The translations under genes were made by a program, and so were the position numbers. A DNA stretch of 62,746 bases, filler included, from Craspedostauros australis (lineage: Eukaryota), in assembly GCA_030167865.1 (NCBI GenBank). It is 5 parts of 5 records of this genome, joined end to end, with 100 filler letters (N's around TTAATTAATTAA, not from the genome) between each part and the next. Parts side by side here need not be neighbours in the genome. Positions count along the whole stretch, not along the records: positions 54,985 to 59,726 come from JALAGF010006711.1; positions 59,827 to 62,746 come from JALAGF010006719.1; 3 more parts are not named here. The stretch is one strand, 5' to 3'. Within the stretch, counting starts at the first letter, position 1; each line of letters opens with the position of its first letter. Of the stretch, positions 55,241 to 62,746 are shown one piece after another. The notes beneath the pieces are model-generated. The model searched no databases, was not told the DNA's origin, and was given only the letters and a program-made list of their open reading frames with translations.

Positions 55241-57508
55241 ATGGCGGAAGAGACAACCCCTGCCACGCTGGAAGAGCTGCAAGCGCAGCTCGAAGCGATC
55301 ACGGTCGAGAACGCCCGCCTCACACAGGCGACGTTGGCGGCCGAAGCCGCTGCAGAAGCAGCAAATGCGGCTATAGCCACTGCCCAAGCAGCAGCTACAG
55401 CCACCACGACCCCAAACCGCCCCGGTCTCAAGCGCAGCCGTTCAGCTGGCGACACGAGAACCCGGACGGACCAGTCCTTCCTCAACGACAGCATCTTTGA
55501 CATGGAAACACCCATGCCCAAGAAGAACAGAAAGCCAGAAGAGGACAGCAAAGACGACGACCACGACCTCTCTGGGAAGCCAACCATTCCCATCATGGGA
55601 GGCATCCTCAAGCAAGGACGCAACTGGGTGCCCTGGACCGCAGGCGCACCAAACGGACATTGGACCGGCCTCCAAGACGAGTCACACACCAGGTGGACTA
55701 ACTCTCAACAACAGAGAATCCTCCATAACGGTGCTGACTCCACCAACCAGTCCAAGCGAGAGCAAGGACTCACCAACAAGTTCAAGAAGGGAGGGAACAT
55801 CCAGCAGTTCATCTGCCTGGTGCGAAACCACATGGCAAGAACCGGACTCCTCACCATGGCGTACATCACTGACGCCAACGCAGAGTCAGGAATGACTTGC
55901 GTCCTGGACTCACCAGCCGCCTTCACTCTTGAAGATGCCACCAAGCACTTCGACGAGTTCCATCTGAAGTGGGATCACTACGACGTCCAGAACAACGAGA
56001 CAGCCTCAGCGTTCTTCCATGACAGTCTTGATCCAGTCCTCGAAGACCAGCTCATGAACCGAATTGAGCCGAAGTTCCACGATAACTTCATCACTCTCTT
56101 TGTTGAGTTCATGAACAGCAACTCGGCCAACTCCTTGGATGAACAAGACACCCTCGCAGCCAAGATCCGCGAAGTCAACTGCAGACGTTTTCCAAACGAG
56201 AACGTTGGTCTCATGGCAGTCCACCTTCGTGCTCTTTGCAAGCGCCTCGACGACGCCGGTCGCTTTGACCTCTGTCTCCTCCGAACGATCCTCGATGCCT
56301 TCCTACAGGCTGGAGGACAGATCCGGTCTGGTGAACAGTACCGACGTCCTCTCTATGTGATGAAGGATAGCCTTGAGGAAATCCTCATGCGTCTCCCTGT
56401 CTTCACGTACGAGTACGCTCGCCCCCAGCTTGCCGCAAAAGATCTCACATGGATGGCAATCTGCAACAAGGCCGAGGCGTCGTACGAAAACGAAGTGCGC
56501 GGAAATCGCTGGCATGCCATCAGGCGTACCAGAGATAGTAACGTGCCCAAGTACTCGTACGCCAACAACGTCGTCCAAAACCCAAGCGCCAACGTCCTCG
56601 AGCAACACAAGGGTTTCTCCAAGAACGACAGGAAGAGGAACAACTCCAAGAAGCCCAAGGAACGCGACGCCAAACGCAACGCCGGCCAGGGCTGGTCGTC
56701 CAAAGCTCCCAAACCCGGTGCACCACAGCGCAAGCTTGTCAACGACAAGACGTTCATGTGGTGCGCCAAGTGCCGCCGCTGGCGTCTCTCGCACAACACC
56801 GAAAGCCACCAGGACAACTTCAAGTTCAAGGCGAAGGCAAAAGGCAAGAAAGTTCCCAAACAGGACAACCTCTCCATTGACATGGCTGCGTGGACATGCT
56901 TCACAGCCGCCTCCAGTCAAGACGAAGACACCTGGTGGTCTCTCGTCTGGAACCTCTTCACCTCCTTCAACTACTTCGGTAGCATCGTTGGAATGGTTCT
57001 CCTCTTTGCCTCACTCCAAGTCATCACTATCGGAGTAGAGTATGGGTGGTACATCGCAGCAGCTAATGCCTGGATGCTAATCGCCGTAACTCTACTACTC
57101 CTCCACACGAACGTTCCACGAAGACCCGACTCCATCAACTCTGCTGACCTAGTCTACAACAAGGCACGAGTCAAAGAACGGTTCAAGCAAGTGCACAAAC
57201 GCCCAACACACTTCAATGGAGCCGTGAAACGCAGTCTCTACGACCTTGTGATGGAAAGTCTCGACCCAGATGCACCCAAACCCGTGAACGTGTCGAAAGG
57301 AAACTCCCCACGAACAAAACGTGTGTGGCATCCCCAGGCTTGGACCAAAACTCACAATCACAGATCAAAACGTCGTTACTGGAACCAGTCGAAAACTTCC
57401 ACTTATGACCCACGTCAGCCAATGACCGTACGGTCGCTACAGGATCCTGAAAAAATGGGCTCCTATAGAGACTATAATTTAATCATATATACTTCAACAC
57501 ATTGGTAA
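55241..57508 (+). mobile_element. Gag region of a diatom Ty1/copia-type LTR retrotransposon, truncated near 57440
   Basis: N-terminal coiled coil, helical capsid-like region (FPNENV), basic region and atypical knuckle WCAKCRRWRLSHNTESH. Composition shifts abruptly to AT-rich after TA|CAGGATCCTG at 57440. Confidence 0.7.
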
Positions 57509-57869
57509 TAAGGTATGAGTGTTAGACAGTGAGTCCAGGCCTTGGTTATAAACTTATGATGGCGTCAGCCTAGCGTTTTAGAGGCAAAACGTGATGCAAG
57601 CGGCCAGAATTCTCTTTTTGAGGGGCTCCTGTCACGACACGTGGCACCCATTTCTATCTGATTTTCGATTTCTTTGTGTTTTGCTTGGTGGGACCCTCGA
57701 TTTGGAACAAAATGAAGTGCTGATTTGGACGTTACAGACGTTAATTCCAGTCGAAACTGTGATGACGTGATGCTTCTTGTCGTGAAGTGCGATGTGATGT
57801 CGCATGTTCCATGTTGAGTGACATCGTCGAGTCCACGAGTGGTTGGACAGACTTTTTATTGATTGTTTT

Positions 57870-58220
57870 GAGGAAATTCATTAACCAGCCCTTTTGAAGT
57901 GCCGATTTGCATCAACCAGCCTGTTTTTACAACACTTAGTGGCACAAAACGTCCAATTGTCCATGCGACATCCCATGGACACAGGGATTTCGCATCGACT
58001 GCCATGGTTAGTGTATAAATATAGACTACCTGTACCACACAGGGAAAGTTCAAGCCATATCATATTATACATGTTCATCATCCTCTTCATATTGCCAGTA
58101 TAGTCCACACGAATGTACATCATCCAATGAGGGGAATAAATGGCTACCTTAGTTGTAGATATGTACATCATCCATCTGTTTGCTCCAATTTCTTGCGTTG
58201 TGGATCGTATTCTGACGACA
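57870..58220 (+). mobile_element. MULE-family terminal repeat copy, starting GAGGAAATTCA
   Basis: About 350 bp homologous to the reverse complement of ~60820-61163, which lies upstream of the MULE transposase. Confidence 0.7.
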
Positions 58221-58859
58221 TCTTCATTGCAAAGGGCAAAAATAGTACAGTTCAACAAATCCAGCGCATCGAAGGCATTCCAATGGGTATACAAATAGCT
58301 TGTGAGTGACTGGATCCATCTAGAAGGTGTTGCGGATTGTACGTGGCCAAATCACATGATACCGCATGGTGGCTGTGTGCGGTGTGCAGGGTGTTGACCA
58401 AACCTTCATATGAACGATTCAACATATACCATTCCACCAATGACATCATAGCAACGGCGCTTCTATGGGTATGGGGTGGCTTGCGAGGATCTGGGTCTTT
58501 CCGGAAGGAGTGCTGGCACCCAAATCTATGAATCTCGTGATCCTGTGCGGTACGCATGGTGTTGTACTGTACTCCGCACATCTATGCATTTGGCAGGCCG
58601 TTTTGAGAGGTTCAACCAATCTCACTACTCCAATCATACTGCAGAAAGTACGGACATGAATGTTGAAGTCTTTGATCCATCAGGAACGTATCCAATTCTA
58701 TGGATGCAGATATCACACAGTAGTGATTGGTACGCATCGCACTGTACATTAATTTGGATGTTTGTACACAGGAACTGGCAACTGTATTCCAATCCAACGC
58801 TCCGACTACTCCAATCATCCGCCAAAGAGTATGTGATAGACTCGAGGAATTGGTGGTAA

Positions 58860-59330
58860 TGTATAGGGGAACGCGTCCTTCTGCAATTGATCAGATCGAG
58901 AAGGTGGCGTTCACTGGNNNNNNNNNNNNNNNNNNNNNNNNNNNNNNNNNNNNNNNNNNNNNNNNNNNNNNNNNNNNNNNNNNNNNNNNNNNNNNGTTCT
59001 GCAAGCATCGGATAGGATCTTTACATCTCTTCAGGTTCAACTGGTTTGGATCAGTAGCTATCTCACAGTATCGTTCTTGCTTCGTGGTACCTTGTCTCTG
59101 ATACCCAGTACCTTGGTACTGCTTTAGTTTTGTTTCTCGTCGAGCTATTCGCTCGTAATGTGACCATTTCATGGTTTGTGTTGGTTCAGGATACGGTTCA
59201 TACGCACAACTAAGCTGGAACACAAGAGAGAGCTGTGCGGAATAAAGCATAATGCTAATACAACCACACTACCTCATCCGTTTGTCGAGATGTACATGTG
59301 AGTATATATAATCATATGTACATCTCGACA
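58860..59330 (-). mobile_element. Putative 3' LTR of a copia element (TGTCGAG...CCCCTATACA)
   Basis: Starts TG immediately after the polypurine tract ATAGGAAGGG (59340-59331). The CA end at 58860 is inferred across an N gap. Confidence 0.6.
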
Positions 59331-59350
59331 CCCTTCCTATGTGCATTCGG

Positions 59351-59726
59351 TCATTCGAATGTTCTCGATGTGTCAAGGTACGACTTCTCGTGTTCGCGTT
59401 GTAAGTCGGCCTTGATGTTCTTGGTGAATCCGTCGCTTGTGTTCTGCTCGGATTTGACGAAAATGATTTCAATGGTTTTGTTGATGACCATGTTCCTCAC
59501 GTAGTGATGGCGCACGTCGATGTGCCGCAATCGTTGGGATGTTGATGGGTTCTTGGCGATGAAGATCGCTCCGATGTTGTCCACGCGGACCTTGATCGGT
59601 GTCTTCACTGGGATGCCCACACTTTCGAGTAGCTGCATAACAAAGAAGATCTCTTTTGCCGCTTCGGAAAGGGCAACGTATTCTGCTTCGGATGAGCTGA
59701 GTGTGACGGCCTTCTGTGCCTTGGAT
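59351..59726 (-). mobile_element. Ty1/copia pol C-terminus (RNase H)
   Basis: SKAQKAVTLSSSEAEYVALSEA...VDNIGAI...RHIDVRHHYVR...VKSEQNTSDGFTKN. Confidence 0.95.
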
Positions 59727-59826
59727 NNNNNNNNNNNNNNNNNNNNNNNNNNNNNNNNNNNNNNNNNNNNTTAATTAATTAANNNNNNNNNNNNNNNNNN
59801 NNNNNNNNNNNNNNNNNNNNNNNNNN
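59727..59826. other. Artificial contig-joining spacer
   Basis: 44 N + TTAATTAATTAA (59771-59782) + 44 N. Confidence 0.95.
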
Positions 59827-61163
59827 CTCTCAAGGCCCTTCGCACCATCGCTCATGAGCAGGCGCACCTTTGGAAAGCTGTTCCTCACATGATCGAGGAA
59901 CCATTTCCAGTTGCTTGCTGTTTCAACAGGGAGAATGCCAAATGCAAGAATGACGAGTTGGCGTGANGCNTCATAAGCGGTCAGGAGGCACATGTAACCC
60001 TTCACTGCAGATCGAAGGTGAGTGGCATCCACNCACACCATACCATCGAAATGAGAGAATGTCTTGATGCTTCCACCAGGTGCACAAAAGACGCGGCGCA
60101 ATTGCATTCCATCATCACCATTGATGTCACCTTGGACTGGACCAATGTCAACTTTGTACACTCCTCCACTGTCTTTCTCAGCCACAGCACCGATGTAGGA
60201 CCGAATCAACTTGCACTCAGCCAAGTGCTTCTCAATTGTATCTCCTTTGTCCCTGATGATATTGTAGAGCTGCCCCTTTTTGACCGTGATGGACAATTCG
60301 TTCTTGATCATGTTACCCAGTTGCTGGCGCCCACCTGCAGCAGGAACTTGATACTTCCCAATGATGTCAGTCATCTCGTCCAAGATGGCAGTTTTGTAGC
60401 TTCTCTTGCGGGTACATGTACCCTGACAAGCATGGCCAACGAAGTGCGTGATGCGGACCCCTTTGCCATTCGGCAAGAGACAAGCACGGCAGTCGAAGGG
60501 ACAGTCAGTAGAAACAGAGCACACGAGCTTGATTGCATCGCCTGACCTCTTCTTTTGAATGTATCCGGCACCAACAGACAAGCTGTGCGACAATACAGCC
60601 GCGCAAACATGAATGAAGTCCACTCCTTGCTTTTCCGCTCCCTTTGCAAGGGTGATGAACGATTTGTTGTTGCTGGACATGCTGGTTGTTGAACAGTTTG
60701 ATGCAATTGTTGTGTTTGCTACGTTGGATGTAATTTATGTTATGGTTCGGCAGCCTGTTGTTTCGCATGCTCAGAAGGACACAGTGCATTGGTATGGAGC
60801 CACTCGATGATACATTTGGTCAGAGCACGATCCAAGGCGCAAAGAATCGGAGCAAACGGATGGATGATGCGCATATCTACGACTAAAGTAGGCATTAATT
60901 CCCTTCACTGGACGTCATATATTCGGATGGACTATTTACTTGCATTGTATGACTAGTATGGCAATCATGTATGATGTGGATTGTACTTTTTGTGCATGGT
61001 ACAGGTAGTCTACATTTATGTGCTAACCTCGGATGTCGACAAGAAATCTCTGTGTCCATGGGATGTCGCATCGACATTTGGACGTTTTGATACTCTAAGT
61101 CACCCAAAACAGGCTGGTTAGTGCAAATCGGCACTTCGAAATGGCTGGTTAGTGAATTTCCTC
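59827..61163 (-). mobile_element. 5' half of a Mutator/MULE element: long terminal repeat region plus transposase (ORF from 60680, truncated)
   Basis: N-terminal C-x5-C...H-x-C zinc-finger-like region. MULE DDE core VDATHL...QLVILAFGILPVET..NWKWFL...LMSDGAKGL. Terminus GAGGAAATTCA at 61163. Confidence 0.85.
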
Positions 61164-61246
61164 AAAATCCATCGCAGACGAAATCGGTCCCAGTGATCTT
61201 CTTGAACGATGGGCAGTTTTCCTGCAGTTGCATACGTGTATGTACA

Positions 61247-61824
61247 GGGAGTTGTCGGAAAAGGAGAAAAGCTTACTTTTTATGTCGGAATTGGCAAGAC
61301 CAGGTACTTGATTAGACATAAATATGTGATNNNNNNNNNNNNNNNNNNNNNNNNNNNNNNNNNNNNNNNNNNNNNNNNNNGATGCCCATGCCCAAGCCGT
61401 GCGTCGTCATGGTGATGGTGTCCACCATTTCTGAGCGCCGTCGTTGTTGGCGTTTCTGTCTTGGAGGAGATGCTTCCATGGCTGCGAAGTGTTGCAGGTT
61501 GTTGCTGATTGCGAAGTGCGGCGTTGCGTTGCGGTGATGCGGTGATGTCTCAGGCGCTCGCTTGCTCATCGTCTCTGTGCGTCTCGTGTGGAGGATCGAA
61601 GAGTTTATGTCCTTTGTGGGAAGCTTGGTCTTTCTCTGCGAATTGTGTGCGAATTGTGAGGCAAGTGGATGTCTTGGGAGAAACTCGACGCAAATCAGCG
61701 TTTTGCGTTCCTCCGCAGTGCAAAGGATGTATGGACCACGGGGAGTTGCCGGAAAAGGAGAAAAGTTTACTTTTTATGTCGGAATTGGCAAGACTAGGTA
61801 CTTGATTAGACATAAATATGTGAT
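61247..61824. repeat. ~84-bp imperfect direct repeat (61247-61330 and 61741-61824)
   Basis: GGGAGTTG(T/C)CGGAAAAGGAGAAAAG...CATAAATATGTGAT with about 3 substitutions. The first copy is cut by an N gap. Confidence 0.7.
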
Positions 61825-61970
61825 TTGCACCCATCATGGTACTTTGTTTGTTCCTACTACTGTTTAGTACTTAGTTAGTTCTCTCCTTTGTGTTTCTGTT
61901 TCTGTCGTTTTCGTTGTTTTTTGGTGTTTGTTTTGGTTTTGTTCGTACTGTTGTTGTTATTCTGTGTGAT

Positions 61971-62746
61971 CTACTCTGGGGAGTAGTGCTCTCTGTCTGT
62001 GATTTCTGCCTGCTTTGCTGGTTCTCGTGTGATGTTCCTGTTGTTGACGCATTCACGCTGATGCGGTGTTTTTGTTGTTGTTGTTGACGCATCCAGGCTG
62101 ATGCGGTGTGCTGCGTTGCGCTGCACGTAGGCGTTCACAGTGTGCCCTGTTGCATCGGCAGACACAACACTGCCATTCACTCCATCAGGCATTCCTGCTG
62201 CAGCTCCGCCTGATACCTCACCCACTTTCAGGCGGAGCACATCATCATGACGTGGGGCATCCTCACCGTTGCGGGGGCGCACAGAGCCCGTCAGAGCTGT
62301 TATCTCCATCTCGACAGTGGGGATGGAGCTCCCAGTACTGCTGGATTGAGAGGAGCTCCAGACTGGGTCGGGAACGCCACCACCAGGCAACCCACTGGAG
62401 CTGTGGGCAGCCAGGGATGCGTTGGTGTGAGCTTGACGGAGCTGCACCTCAAGCTCAGCCAACCAGGCCTGCGCATGCTGCTCACGAGCATGAGCTTCGT
62501 TGCGCATGGCCTCGAACTGGGCCCGAGCTTCATGCTCAATTCGGGCCTTGGCCTGAGCATCCAGCTGGGAGTGCTCTTTTGCCGCATGCAAGAGAGCCTC
62601 GCATTCGGCCCGTTCCTTGCGAGCTAGCTCTTGCGCTCGAGCAACTTGAGCCACGGCCTCATGCTCCATCTGCTGGCGGATCGCAGCAGTCTGCGCAGCA
62701 TTCTGATTGGTTGCAGGAGGGCTGGCAAACCCGGCACCAGCATTGG
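61971..62746 (-). other. Open frame running off the window end, encoding an Ala/Glu/Gln coiled coil; probably a decayed transposon ORF
   Basis: Heptad-like EHEAVAQVARAQELARKERAE..., CpG-poor codons and a transposon-rich context. No recognisable domain. Confidence 0.3.

Overview
Eukaryotic nuclear DNA, most consistent with a pennate (probably raphid) diatom. The evidence is GT-AG introns, signal-peptide plus ASAF-type plastid presequences, RxL/KxxK motifs in secreted proteins and diatom-type copia gag. The window is not one locus. Four artificial 100-bp spacers (44 N + TTAATTAATTAA + 44 N) join five segments: 1-27457, 27558-41605, 41706-54884, 54985-59726 and 59827-62746. Segment 1 is gene-dense: a GDNP-motif protein, a polyQ protein, a Reeler protein, an acidic protein, a Tim17-family protein, an SGNH protein with GDE in place of GDS, a lumenal protein, a multiply disrupted UTP4, a two-module Cys-repeat secreted protein, a patatin-like protein and ALG2. 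Segment 2 holds a ~1479-aa secreted adhesin-like mosaic (11 six-Cys repeats, a choice-of-anchor-A-like domain and a C-terminal Cys domain) and a Sola-like transposase. Segment 3 has nested DNA-transposon remnants, a stop-interrupted silaffin-like KxxK plus 22-turn Cys-ladder protein, two convergent glycosyltransferases and a plastid mTERF. Segments 4 and 5 are nested copia and MULE fragments. The most novel candidates are the secreted modular proteins (32752-37191, 44741-46630, 20449-23073), the UTP4 pseudogene and a copia gag with transmembrane segments. All family assignments are by eye from motifs; no database search was run.
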